Of a stretch of 64,000 bases of DNA, positions 35,006 through 44,952 are shown one piece after another. The stretch comes from an uncultured Bacteroidales bacterium. GTDB lineage: Bacteria > Bacteroidota > Bacteroidia > Bacteroidales > VadinHA17. Below the pieces are notes generated by a model that was not told the DNA's origin, searched no databases, and saw only the letters and a list, made by a program, of their open reading frames with translations. Location: assembly GCA_963734885.1 (NCBI GenBank), contig CAVTIJ010000004.1, positions 549,957-613,956 on the forward strand, read 5' to 3'. The stretch's first letter is position 1. Every line of letters starts with the position of its first letter. The translations under genes and the position numbers were made by a program.

Positions 35006-37087
35006 ATGAATGACGGGAAGATGACAGAATCAGATCTTAAAATTGCATTCAGCGATCTGCAACATGAATTTAATTCAAATAAAGAATTATACATGAAGGA
35101 GTTATCTGAGCTGAAGCTTGCAAATGAAAAGCTAAAAAGAGATGAGGAAAGATATAGGGTAGCATATATGACCAGTCCTGATTCGATTAATATTAATCGA
35201 CTATCAGATGGGATGTATATATCAATAAATGAAGGTTTTACAAGAATCCTGGGCTACACGGAGGCTGATTCAATAGGTAAGACCTCAATTGAGATGAATA
35301 TCTGGGCAAATCCGGAAGATCGGATTAGGATGGTCAATGAACTTACAGCTCACGGTCAGATTAAAGATTTCGAGGCCTTGTTCCTTACAAAGGGTGGGAG
35401 TATGGTGATAGGTTCTTTTTCCGCCACATTGATAGATCTTGACGGGGTATCTCACATATTATCAGTAGTAAGAGATATTACTACGCATAAGAAGGCAGAG
35501 GAAGCTTTAGCCAAAGAGCAATTTCTGATAAATGCTCTGATGAATAACCTGAGCGACCATGTGTATTTTAAAGATCTTGAAAGCCGTTTCATAAGGAATA
35601 ATAAGGCTCATGTACTTTCTTTTGGTCTGGATGATCCTGAACAGCTGATCGGTAAATCGGATTTTGATTTTTTCACGGAACAGGCTGCCACACAGGCATA
35701 TGAAGATGAGCAAATGATAATCAAAACCGGGCAATCAATATTAAAAGAAGAAAAACTGACAAGAAAAGACCGCTCGGACGCCTGGTTTTCTGCAATAAAA
35801 ATGCCTTTGCGTGACAATGAAGGAAATATGATTGGCACTTTTGGAATATCAAGAGACATTACACAAAGAAAACGGGTTGAGTTAGAAAGTATTGCTTTGT
35901 TTGAGATTATTCAAGGTATTACATCGACTGGTAATCTCGACGAGTTATTGAAACTGATACATCACTCCCTTGGAAAAGTCGTCTATGCGGAGAACTGTTT
36001 TATAGCTTTGAATGATCCGAAAACAGGTTTATTTAGTTTTCCCTATTTTATTGACAAAATAGATACTACACCTTCACCGGTGTCAATGGGGAAAAGTTGT
36101 ACAGCCTATGTTTTCCGTACAGAAAAACCGCTTCTTTTGACTCAGGAAAAATTCGACCAGCTTGCGGAAACTGGTAATGTGGAGTTAGTTGGTTCTAACT
36201 CGCCTTCCTGGGTGGGAATCCCGCTTCAAACTCTTTCAAATGTCATAGGAGTATTGGTTCTTCAACATTATGAAAGTGAAAATATATATTCTGAAAATGA
36301 TGTCAGATTTCTCACATCAATAGGCAGCCAGATTGCTATTGCCATTGATCGCAAAAAGACTGAAGAAGAAATAAAGCTCAAAAATGAGCAGTTACAAGCG
36401 CTGAATGCAGAAAAAGACAAATTCTTTTCGATTATTGCTCATGATCTCAGGGGACCGCTGAGTTCATTTGTTGGTGCAACTCAGATTCTGACTGATGAGA
36501 TCCAGAATATGGAAATCGGGGAAATCAAAGATATTACAGTTGAAATGAAGACCTCAGCTGCTAATATTTACAATCTCCTGGAAAATCTTCTGGAATGGTC
36601 GCGATTGAAAAGGGGAGGTATGGATTTCGTTCCTGAAAACCTTAATCTTAAAATGATGTTCACTGAATGTGTAAATGTTCTTTCAGAATCTGCACGAAAA
36701 AAAGGAGTTACAATTGAAGTAAATATTGCTGATAAAATTGAGGTATTCGCTGATAAACATATGTTTGAAACGGTTATACGAAACCTGGTTTCAAATGCAA
36801 TAAAATTCACTTCGAAAGGAGGTATCGTTAAACTCTCAGCTACCCCAACTGGTAATTCAGTTGAAGTTGTAATTAAAGATTCCGGAATAGGTATGTCACC
36901 GGAATTGAAAAACAGACTATTCCAGATAAATGAAAAAACCAGCAGGCCCGGAACGGGTGGGGAATTAAGTACAGGGATTGGTCTGCTGCTTTGCAAGGAG
37001 TTTATTGAGAAACATCATGGTAAAATCAGTGTTGAAAGTGAGGTTGGGAAAGGAAGTACGTTCTCTTTTATAATTGGTCAGGTTTAG
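35006..37087 (+). CDS. PAS-PAS-GAF sensor histidine kinase
   Basis: Two PAS modules and a GAF-like segment. H-box FFSIIAHDLRGPL, N-box NLVSNAIKFT, G-boxes DSGIGM and GIGLLLC. Confidence 0.85.
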   Translation: MNDGKMTESDLKIAFSDLQHEFNSNKELYMKELSELKLANEKLKRDEERYRVAYMTSPDSININRLSDGMYISINEGFTRILGYTEADSIGKTSIEMNIWANPEDRIRMVNELTAHGQIKDFEALFLTKGGSMVIGSFSATLIDLDGVSHILSVVRDITTHKKAEEALAKEQFLINALMNNLSDHVYFKDLESRFIRNNKAHVLSFGLDDPEQLIGKSDFDFFTEQAATQAYEDEQMIIKTGQSILKEEKLTRKDRSDAWFSAIKMPLRDNEGNMIGTFGISRDITQRKRVELESIALFEIIQGITSTGNLDELLKLIHHSLGKVVYAENCFIALNDPKTGLFSFPYFIDKIDTTPSPVSMGKSCTAYVFRTEKPLLLTQEKFDQLAETGNVELVGSNSPSWVGIPLQTLSNVIGVLVLQHYESENIYSENDVRFLTSIGSQIAIAIDRKKTEEEIKLKNEQLQALNAEKDKFFSIIAHDLRGPLSSFVGATQILTDEIQNMEIGEIKDITVEMKTSAANIYNLLENLLEWSRLKRGGMDFVPENLNLKMMFTECVNVLSESARKKGVTIEVNIADKIEVFADKHMFETVIRNLVSNAIKFTSKGGIVKLSATPTGNSVEVVIKDSGIGMSPELKNRLFQINEKTSRPGTGGELSTGIGLLLCKEFIEKHHGKISVESEVGKGSTFSFIIGQV

Positions 37088-37161
37088 GTTTTTTGAATTT
37101 TTAATTAGAACAATTCTGTTATGCTAATCCGTAAGCTGTTCATTTATTAATAAAAATAGGA

Positions 37162-38250
37162 ATGCGAAAAAACAAAGTGATATCCAAAGATCTTCTGTTT
37201 TCAGACATTTTCGACATAAATGAAATTCAGCATATACAGGACCTTTTTTCAGATGCTACCGGTGTTGCATCTATAATCACACAACCGGACGGAACTCCAA
37301 TAACCCGACCAAGTAATTTTTGCAGGTTATGCAATGAAATAATAAGAAGTACTGATGCCGGACTTGCAAATTGTATTAAATCCGATGCAGAAATTGGCAG
37401 ATTTAATCCATCAGGCCCGGTGATTCAGCAATGTCTGAGCGGCGGATTATGGGATGCAGGTGCAAGCATTATTGTGGGAGGCAAACATATCGCTGACTGG
37501 TTAATCGGTCAGGTTAAGAACGAAGAACTTGATATCGACCAGATGGTTCGTTATGCTGAAGATATCGGTGTGGAGAAGGAATCCTTTCTTAATGCTCTTG
37601 AAGAGGTTCCTGTGATGTCAAAAGAGAAGTTTGAAAAAATTGCTGCGATGTTATTTTCCTTCGCCAGCGAGATTTCATCAAAAGCTTATCAGAATAAGCA
37701 GCTTAAACAATCAATAGATGAACGTGACCGGGTTGAAAATCTAAACCGTACATTAATACAGCATCTTCCTCAGCGGATATTTGTAAAAGATCCTGATTCA
37801 AGATATATATTATGTAACGATATATATTCAAAAGATCTTGGAATTGACCCGAAAGATATCGTAGGCAAAAGTGACTATGATTTTTTCCAGAGTGAATTAG
37901 CTGATAAATATCGAAAAGACGACCAGATGGTTATATCAGAAGGGATTCAACAAGAATGTGAAGAAAAATATGCAATTGCAAATCAGGAACGATGGACCCA
38001 TGTTAATAAAGTCCCGTACCGTGACGCGAATGATAAGATTGTAGGAGTGCTGGGCATATTTGAAGATATCACAGAACGCAAACGCAAAGAAGAAGAAATT
38101 TTGCTTAAAAATGATTTACTTGAGGTAATGAACGCTGAAAAAGATAAATTCTTCTCAATAATTGCCCATGATCTTCGCAGCCCATCTGAGCGCGTTTGTT
38201 GGAGCTACTCAGGTACTTACAGAAGAGATTCAGACAATGGACGTTCATGA
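37162..38250 (+). CDS. PocR-domain/PAS sensor histidine kinase, N-terminal fragment ending just after the H-box (frameshift)
   Basis: PocR-like Cys-containing sensor segment (FCRLCNEIIRSTDAGLANCIKSD...QCLSGGLWDAG), a PAS module, then FFSIIAHDLRSP followed by out-of-frame residues. Confidence 0.8.
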   Translation: MRKNKVISKDLLFSDIFDINEIQHIQDLFSDATGVASIITQPDGTPITRPSNFCRLCNEIIRSTDAGLANCIKSDAEIGRFNPSGPVIQQCLSGGLWDAGASIIVGGKHIADWLIGQVKNEELDIDQMVRYAEDIGVEKESFLNALEEVPVMSKEKFEKIAAMLFSFASEISSKAYQNKQLKQSIDERDRVENLNRTLIQHLPQRIFVKDPDSRYILCNDIYSKDLGIDPKDIVGKSDYDFFQSELADKYRKDDQMVISEGIQQECEEKYAIANQERWTHVNKVPYRDANDKIVGVLGIFEDITERKRKEEEILLKNDLLEVMNAEKDKFFSIIAHDLRSPSERVCWSYSGTYRRDSDNGRS

Positions 38251-38824
38251 TATAAAAAATATCGTATTGGGTATGAAATCCTCAGCAGCGAATATTTATA
38301 CCCTTCTTGAAAATCTTCTGGAATGGTCAAGGTTGAGACGCGGTGGACTTGATTTTATACCTGAGAGACTAAATGTAAATCAGAAAGTCAATGATTGTGT
38401 TGATGTCCTTTCTGAATCTGCACGAAAAAAAGCGATACAAATAATTGTTTCAGTATCCGGGGAACTGGAAATTTATGCCGATAATCATATGTTTGATACA
38501 ATTATCAGGAATCTGGTTTCTAATGCAATAAAGTTTTCAGTTCCCGGAAGAAAGGTGACTCTTAATGCCTGCCTCAGAGAAGATCAATATGTTGAGATAA
38601 AAATCAGCGATTCAGGTATTGGAATGTCTGCCGACTTAATAAACAAGCTGTTCAGGATAAGCGAAAAGACCAGCAGGCCGGGAACGAGTGGTGAACCGAG
38701 CACGGGACTTGGATTAATGCTATGCAAAGAATTTATTGAAAAGCACAAAGGTAAAATATGGGTCGAAAGTGAGGTTGGAAAAGGAAGTAATTTCTTTTTT
38801 ACCATGATTCCATATAAAAAGTAA
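38162..38824 (+). CDS. C-terminal fragment of the same histidine kinase (DHp remainder plus HATPase_c)
   Basis: From LSAFVGATQVLTEEIQ onward it aligns residue-for-residue with the upstream paralog (LSSFVGATQILTDEIQ). It carries NLVSNAIKFS, DSGIGM and GLGLMLC. Confidence 0.8.
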   Translation: MPMIFAAHLSAFVGATQVLTEEIQTMDVHDIKNIVLGMKSSAANIYTLLENLLEWSRLRRGGLDFIPERLNVNQKVNDCVDVLSESARKKAIQIIVSVSGELEIYADNHMFDTIIRNLVSNAIKFSVPGRKVTLNACLREDQYVEIKISDSGIGMSADLINKLFRISEKTSRPGTSGEPSTGLGLMLCKEFIEKHKGKIWVESEVGKGSNFFFTMIPYKK

Positions 38825-38887
38825 ATATTAATGAAATCTTTATTTTGGGGAAAATGAAGATTTGACGAAATAAGGGGAATATTAAAA

Positions 38888-39589
38888 ATGAATCATACTA
38901 AACTATTTAAAATCCTTTTTGTAGAGGATATTCTGTCAGATGTGGAAATTGCGGTAAATGAATTGCGAAAAGCGAATTTTATATTCGAATTTTCGACAGT
39001 TTGTACAAAAACCGATCTTCAGAAATCACTTATTGAATTCAGGCCCGATCTGATAATCTCTGATCACATGATTCCGTCATTTGATGGTCTCCAGGCTCTT
39101 AGAGTATCAAAAGAGTTTGATGAAGATATACCTTTTATTCTTTGTACCAGTTTGGTTGATGGGGGAATTGCGGTTGACTGCATGAAAGCAGGAGCCATCG
39201 ATTTTATTACAAAACAGAATATATCAAGGTTGCCGGTTGCTGTTAAAGATGCGCTGGATAAAGTAAGGATAAGTAAAGAAAAAAAGGCTTACAATCTGCT
39301 TTTAAAAGAGAATGAGGCGAAACTTCAGAGTATTTTCAGCGCTTCACAGATTGGCATTGGACTGGTAGTTAACAGAATATTATTAGAAGTGAACGATTTC
39401 TTTTGTACCATGATGGGATACGAAAGGAGAGAGTTAATAGGCAAGTCTTCAGAGATTCTGTATCCTTCATATCAAGAATATGTCTCTTCCGGAAAGGAAA
39501 AGTATAAACAGATCGCTGAAAAGGGAACAGGTTCCGTTGAAACAATATTTAAACGCAAAAACGGCGAATTTATTAAATGTAATTGTTAG
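38888..39589 (+). CDS. response-regulator receiver plus start of a PAS domain; N-terminal fragment of a frameshifted hybrid sensor kinase
   Basis: Receiver motifs (ILFVEDI, DLIISDHMIP, KAGAIDFITK). The PAS domain is cut at ...KRKNGEFI. Confidence 0.75.
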   Translation: MNHTKLFKILFVEDILSDVEIAVNELRKANFIFEFSTVCTKTDLQKSLIEFRPDLIISDHMIPSFDGLQALRVSKEFDEDIPFILCTSLVDGGIAVDCMKAGAIDFITKQNISRLPVAVKDALDKVRISKEKKAYNLLLKENEAKLQSIFSASQIGIGLVVNRILLEVNDFFCTMMGYERRELIGKSSEILYPSYQEYVSSGKEKYKQIAEKGTGSVETIFKRKNGEFIKCNC

Positions 39590-41963
39590 TTCAGCGCCAC
39601 TTGATGTTAACGATCATTCAAAAGGGGTATCTTTCACCGTTCTTGATATTACAGACTGGAAAAGAGCAGTCGATGACCTGGAGACAAGCCACAGATCCAT
39701 TAATACACTTATCAGCAACCTTCAGGGACTAGTTTACCGGTGCAGAAATGATGAACAATATACAATGTTGTTCATCAGTGACGGAGCCTATGAGGTTACA
39801 GGTTATAAACCGGAAGAATTGCTCGGTAATAAGTTAAAATCATTCAATGATTTAATTCTTGAAGACGACAGGGACTATGTGCATAAAGAAGTTCAGAATG
39901 CATTAAAAAACAGAAAACACTATGAGGTAACATATAGAATAATTACCAGGAGCAATGATATTCGATGGGTCTGGGATAAAGGTGAAGGCCTCTTTCGATT
40001 AGACGGTAAACTTGAGTTCCTTGAAGGGTTTATTACTGATATCACTCAGCGGAAGAACACAGAAGAAGCCCTGAAGGAGAGCAGACATCTGTTTGAAACG
40101 CTGGCAAAGACCTCACCTGTCGGAATATTCAGGACCCAGCTTGACGGGTTAACAACGTATGTAAATCCAAGGTGGCAGGAATTATCAGGTTTAACTTTTG
40201 AACAATCTCTTGGTATGAACTGGCTGAATGCTGTGCATCCTGATGACAGAAAATTTCTTGAGCGAAAATGGAAATCTGATGTAACCAGGCAATCAGAATC
40301 AATTGCAGAATACCGTTTTCTGAGAACAGATGGAACAATAAGATGGGTTATGGGTAATTCCATCCCCGAGCGGATTGAAAACGAGATAATTGGGTATATC
40401 GGAACCATCACAGACATTACTGCCCATCACAACACAGAGGAATCATTAAGGAAAAGCGAAGAAAAGTACCGGAGAATTTTTGAAAATGTGCAGGACGTCT
40501 ATTATGAAACTTCAATAGATGGGAAGATAATAGAAGTCAGCCAGTCAATTGAGACTCTTTCACGGTATAATTATAAGGATTCTGACCTTATAGGAAGATC
40601 AATGTACGATTTCTATTCTGATCCACAGGAAAGGCAGAATATTACCGAAGAATTAAGGAAGAAAGGAAGTGTTACTGATTTTGAAGTTACTTTAAAAAGT
40701 CACGATGGATCTGTTTATCCATGTTCAATCTCTGCTAAATTATTATTCGACGAGCATGGGAATCCTGAAAAAATTATCGGCAGCATGCGCGATATTACTG
40801 ACCGTAAAAATGCATCCGATGCTCTGAGAATTGCAAAAGAAAAGGCTGAAATGAGCGACAGGCTTAAAACAGATTTCCTTAATAATATTTCTCATGAAGT
40901 CCGCACACCATTGAATGGTATTCTTGGATTTGCAGAAATTCTTTCTTTGCAGGATTTATCACCTGAAGAAAAAAAGGAATCATATACAATGTTATTTGAA
41001 AGCAGCAACAGATTGCTGAATACGATTACAAACTATATGGATATCTCTTTAATTACGTCCGGCAGCCTGACAATAAATAAAAAGAAATTTCCTTTGACTC
41101 CGGTTCTGAAAAAGCTTTTTGAAAGCTTTAGACCGGTTTGTTTAAGCAGAAACCTTGAATTGTTCATCGATATACCCCAGCCTTGCATTGATTATGAAGT
41201 TAATTCCGATCCCGAAATATGCAGGAAAATCATGACACACTTCCTGGATAATGCAGTGAAATTTACTGAAAAGGGGAGTATTCATTTTGGTTTTAACATG
41301 AATGACGGACACCTGGAATTGTATGTGAAAGATACAGGGGTAGGAATAAATTCTGATTCTTTTAGTATCATTTTTGACAGATTTGTAAAAGAATCACATG
41401 GTCCCTATAGCCTAACTGAGGGCAGCGGTTTAGGATTATCAATAGCAAAAGGGATGTCAGATGCGATTGATGGTAAAATAACTCTTGAGTCAAAACCGGG
41501 TGCAGGATCATGTTTCTTTTTGTCATTACCTGAAAATAATTGTTCAGAAATAATTGTGCATAAAAGTTCCGGAACAGAACCGCAAAAATCAATAACAAAC
41601 CATCCGATAATTGTTGCTGAGGATGACAGTACTAATTTTTATTATCTGAACGCATTAATATGTAAAGAGACCAGGAGACAGATTTTACATGCACTGAATG
41701 GGGAAGAAGCTGTGGCTCTTTATAAGGCTAATCCGGATGTTGAATTAATCCTTATGGATATCAAAATGCCGAAAATGGATGGGTTTGAGGCTACAAGGCA
41801 AATTAAGCTAATTAATAAGAATGTTACCATTATAGCAATAACCGCTTACGCGATGTCAGGCGATGAGGACCGGGTAATTGCGGCCGGATGCGACGGATAT
41901 CTCAGCAAACCAATAAACAGGGATAATCTCATGAAGAAGATCGGGGAATTTATTAAGGGATGA
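39480..41963 (+). CDS. multi-PAS hybrid sensor histidine kinase (PAS x3, HisKA, HATPase_c, C-terminal receiver); continuation of the 38888 ORF
   Basis: The reading resumes the PAS domain at NVIVSSAPLD. H-box ISHEVRTPLNGI, G-box GSGLGLSIAKG, receiver LILMDIKMPKMDG. Confidence 0.8.
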   Translation: MSLPERKSINRSLKREQVPLKQYLNAKTANLLNVIVSSAPLDVNDHSKGVSFTVLDITDWKRAVDDLETSHRSINTLISNLQGLVYRCRNDEQYTMLFISDGAYEVTGYKPEELLGNKLKSFNDLILEDDRDYVHKEVQNALKNRKHYEVTYRIITRSNDIRWVWDKGEGLFRLDGKLEFLEGFITDITQRKNTEEALKESRHLFETLAKTSPVGIFRTQLDGLTTYVNPRWQELSGLTFEQSLGMNWLNAVHPDDRKFLERKWKSDVTRQSESIAEYRFLRTDGTIRWVMGNSIPERIENEIIGYIGTITDITAHHNTEESLRKSEEKYRRIFENVQDVYYETSIDGKIIEVSQSIETLSRYNYKDSDLIGRSMYDFYSDPQERQNITEELRKKGSVTDFEVTLKSHDGSVYPCSISAKLLFDEHGNPEKIIGSMRDITDRKNASDALRIAKEKAEMSDRLKTDFLNNISHEVRTPLNGILGFAEILSLQDLSPEEKKESYTMLFESSNRLLNTITNYMDISLITSGSLTINKKKFPLTPVLKKLFESFRPVCLSRNLELFIDIPQPCIDYEVNSDPEICRKIMTHFLDNAVKFTEKGSIHFGFNMNDGHLELYVKDTGVGINSDSFSIIFDRFVKESHGPYSLTEGSGLGLSIAKGMSDAIDGKITLESKPGAGSCFFLSLPENNCSEIIVHKSSGTEPQKSITNHPIIVAEDDSTNFYYLNALICKETRRQILHALNGEEAVALYKANPDVELILMDIKMPKMDGFEATRQIKLINKNVTIIAITAYAMSGDEDRVIAAGCDGYLSKPINRDNLMKKIGEFIKG

Positions 41964-44013
41964 CCTTAAGAACACTTACGTATTCTGCCAGATACTCCTT
42001 CACCTGTTTGTATACATTATCAGCGGTGAAACCCATCTTTTCATCAAGTACTTTATACGGAGCTGAAAATCCAAAGCTCTCCATTCCCCATATTCTTCCT
42101 TTTTGACCGACCAGACCCTGTAGAGTCACAGGCAAACCTGCAGTAAGTCCAAATACAGGTATTTCATCGGGGATCACCGACTTCTGGTAGCTTTCAGGCT
42201 GGTTTCTGAATAACCCTTCTGAGGGTACCGAGACTATGCGGATCTTGATGTTGTCTTTCTTTAACAATACAGCCCCTTCGGCAAGAGTTGATACTTCAGA
42301 GCCGCTTGCCACCAGTATAATATCTGGTTTTCCCTGGCAATCAAGAACTACATAAGCACCCTTTACTGATTGTAATGCATCTTCAAACCGGTTATTATTT
42401 TCTGAAGGAAGGTCTTTAATATTCTGTCGTGAGAGAATCAGAGCAGTTGGGGTCGTTTTATTTGCCATGGCCATTTTCCATGCTACAGTTGCCTCGGCTG
42501 AATCAGCCGGCCTTAAAACAAGCATGCTGTTTTCTCCTTTGTGGTTTTTAATATGTTCAAGAAGCCTTATCTGTGCTTCCTGCTCCACAGGTTGGTGAGT
42601 CGGCCCGTCTTCACCAACTCGGAATGCATCATGACTCCAGATGTATTTAACAGGCAATCCCATAATACAGGCAAGCCGTATGGCAGGTTTCTGATAATCG
42701 GAGAAGACAAAGAATGTTCCGCATGCAGGTAAAACTCCCCCATGAAGCGCCATTCCATTCATCACTACGGCCATCGTGAGTTCAGAAACGCCTGCCTGCA
42801 GGAATGCTCCGGTGAAATCTCCTTTTGTGAAGGCATGAGTATTTTTAAGGAAGCCATCCGTTTTATCGGAATTTGATAAATCAGCCGAGGCAACAATCAT
42901 ATTTTCGATGTTTTTTGCGAAAACTCCAAGAACGTTAGATGATGCTGCTCTTGTGGATTGTCCTTCTTTCTGGGTTATCGATTTGTAATCTATTTCCGGA
43001 AGCTCAAGATTATAAAAGGAACGAAGTTTTTTATCCAGATCTTTATTTTGCGATGCCCATGCTTCTTTTGATTTCTTCCATTCGGAAGCTTTTTTTGCTT
43101 TAGCTTCGAGTACCTTTTTGTAAAATTCTCTAACTTCGGGGAAAACCTCAAAAGGATCGGTGATATTTCCATTGAGATTTATCAATGATTTCTCAAATGA
43201 TCCGCCTGCCTCACTTACCGGCATGCCATGCGTCGAAGTCTTTCTTTCGAAACTATTGCCATCCTTATCGAGCAGTCCCTTGCCCATTATCGTTTTCCCT
43301 ATTATTAATGTAGGTTTTTCTGTTTGATTAATTGCTGAGGTAAGCGCCTTTCTTATCTGATCATGATCATTGCCATTTATTTCCATAACATTCCAACCCC
43401 AGGATCTGTATTTCATTCCTGTGTCTTCTTTCGTAACTGCTTTTGTTTCAGTTGAAAGCTGAATATCATTGGAATCGTAAAACATTATCAGGTTACTAAG
43501 GCCAAGAAATCCGGCCAGCCGACCTGCGCCCTGGGAAATTTCTTCCTGAACTCCACCGTCAGAGATATATGTGAATATTTTGTGGGTAAACAGCTCTCCA
43601 AACCGGGTTACGAGAAATCTTTCTGCTATGGCAGCTCCCACGGCAAAAGTATGGCCCTGTCCAAGCGGACCGGAAGTATTCTCAACTCCTTTCATCACAT
43701 TTAGTTCAGGATGACCGGGAGTATGGCTTCCCCACTGCCGGAAATTCTTCAACTCCTCAGCCTGGTAAAGACCTGTAAGAGCAAGAACTGAATATAACAT
43801 TGGAGACATATGCCCCGGATCGAGGAAGAATCGGTCGCGATTAATCCACGCAGGGTCATTCGGATCAAAATTGAGAAATTCTGAATACAGAATATGTATA
43901 AAATCAGCACCTCCCATTGCGCCTCCGGGATGACCGGATTTGGATTTTTCAACCATCGCCATAGAAAGAATACGTATGTTATCTGCTGCCCTTTTGTTAA
44001 TATCAGTATTCAT
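41953..44013 (-). CDS. tkt: transketolase
   Basis: SGHPGGAMGGADF and GPLGQGH thiamine-diphosphate motifs. The ATG at 44013 (MNTDINKRAADNIR) matches canonical N-termini. The listed extension to 44217 overlaps the divergent gene. Confidence 0.9.
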   Translation of the reverse strand: MNTDINKRAADNIRILSMAMVEKSKSGHPGGAMGGADFIHILYSEFLNFDPNDPAWINRDRFFLDPGHMSPMLYSVLALTGLYQAEELKNFRQWGSHTPGHPELNVMKGVENTSGPLGQGHTFAVGAAIAERFLVTRFGELFTHKIFTYISDGGVQEEISQGAGRLAGFLGLSNLIMFYDSNDIQLSTETKAVTKEDTGMKYRSWGWNVMEINGNDHDQIRKALTSAINQTEKPTLIIGKTIMGKGLLDKDGNSFERKTSTHGMPVSEAGGSFEKSLINLNGNITDPFEVFPEVREFYKKVLEAKAKKASEWKKSKEAWASQNKDLDKKLRSFYNLELPEIDYKSITQKEGQSTRAASSNVLGVFAKNIENMIVASADLSNSDKTDGFLKNTHAFTKGDFTGAFLQAGVSELTMAVVMNGMALHGGVLPACGTFFVFSDYQKPAIRLACIMGLPVKYIWSHDAFRVGEDGPTHQPVEQEAQIRLLEHIKNHKGENSMLVLRPADSAEATVAWKMAMANKTTPTALILSRQNIKDLPSENNNRFEDALQSVKGAYVVLDCQGKPDIILVASGSEVSTLAEGAVLLKKDNIKIRIVSVPSEGLFRNQPESYQKSVIPDEIPVFGLTAGLPVTLQGLVGQKGRIWGMESFGFSAPYKVLDEKMGFTADNVYKQVKEYLAEYVSVLKVIP

Positions 44014-44208
44014 TGTGTTATATTTTAAATTCACTAAAGTCAACAAAAATATGATTAATCCTGAGAGAAAAAAACTATAGTTATTCTTAAATAATATAGA
44101 TCGCTGAGTGGATGCCGTCAAAAATCCTGAATATAAAATTGCTTTACAGATAGTTAAAACAAATATCTTTATTAAATTTAGCCTGAAAAGTCCTAAACTG
44201 CCTGCCTT

Positions 44209-44949
44209 ATGGAACAAAAGCTAAACGCTTTAATCGTTGATGATGAAGAGAATGCCCGTATATTGCTTACTAAACTTCTTGAAGAGACGTTTTATTTTAC
44301 TGAAATAAGAGCAGCAGAATCAGTTGATGAAGCTTATAATGAATTGGAAAGGTTCGAACCGGACATTATCTTCTTAGATATTAAAATGCCGGGAAAAGAC
44401 GGGTTTTCTTTTATCGAAAATCTTCCTGAAAATTATAAGAAATATAAGATTGTTTTTGTAACGGCTTACGACCAGTATGCTTTAAAAGCAATTAAAAATC
44501 AGGCTTTTGATTATCTTCTTAAACCAATGAACCGTAAGGAACTAAAGGAATGTATAAACAGATTCATTGAACGACGAAATGAAGATTCCGGAATTAATAT
44601 TCCGGGCAGCGTCATCGAAATTGGAGGGAAAATAACCAGGATAAGGGTCAATACACGTACAGGGACATTGTTTATTAATCCGGCTGACATTTTGTTTTGC
44701 AAAGCAGAAGGCAATTATACATCTGTTCTGACTGGCAAAAAACAGCATCTTTGTTCAATGAACCTTGGTAAACTGGCCGAACTTCTTCCAAAAAATGGAT
44801 TTATCAGGGTAGGAAGATCGCATATTATTAATTTTGAGTACATTACAATGTTGGATCGCAAAGAGAGCACTATTATTCTTACCAGAGATAATGAGACTGT
44901 AAAGGTGAAAATACCGCGACAGCATCTTAAAGATCTTGATATTTTATAG
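44209..44949 (+). CDS. LytTR-family two-component response regulator
   Basis: Receiver domain (LIVDDEENAR, DIIFLDIKMPGKDG) plus a LytTR DNA-binding C-terminus (FIRVGRSHIINFEYI). Confidence 0.9.
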   Translation: MEQKLNALIVDDEENARILLTKLLEETFYFTEIRAAESVDEAYNELERFEPDIIFLDIKMPGKDGFSFIENLPENYKKYKIVFVTAYDQYALKAIKNQAFDYLLKPMNRKELKECINRFIERRNEDSGINIPGSVIEIGGKITRIRVNTRTGTLFINPADILFCKAEGNYTSVLTGKKQHLCSMNLGKLAELLPKNGFIRVGRSHIINFEYITMLDRKESTIILTRDNETVKVKIPRQHLKDLDIL

Positions 44950-44952
44950 AAA

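Noticed and set aside
44014-44217. The N-terminal 68-aa extension of the transketolase ORF (listed start 44217).
   Set aside because: The extension is hydrophobic junk and overlaps the start of the divergent LytTR regulator. The canonical transketolase N-terminus begins at the ATG at 44013.
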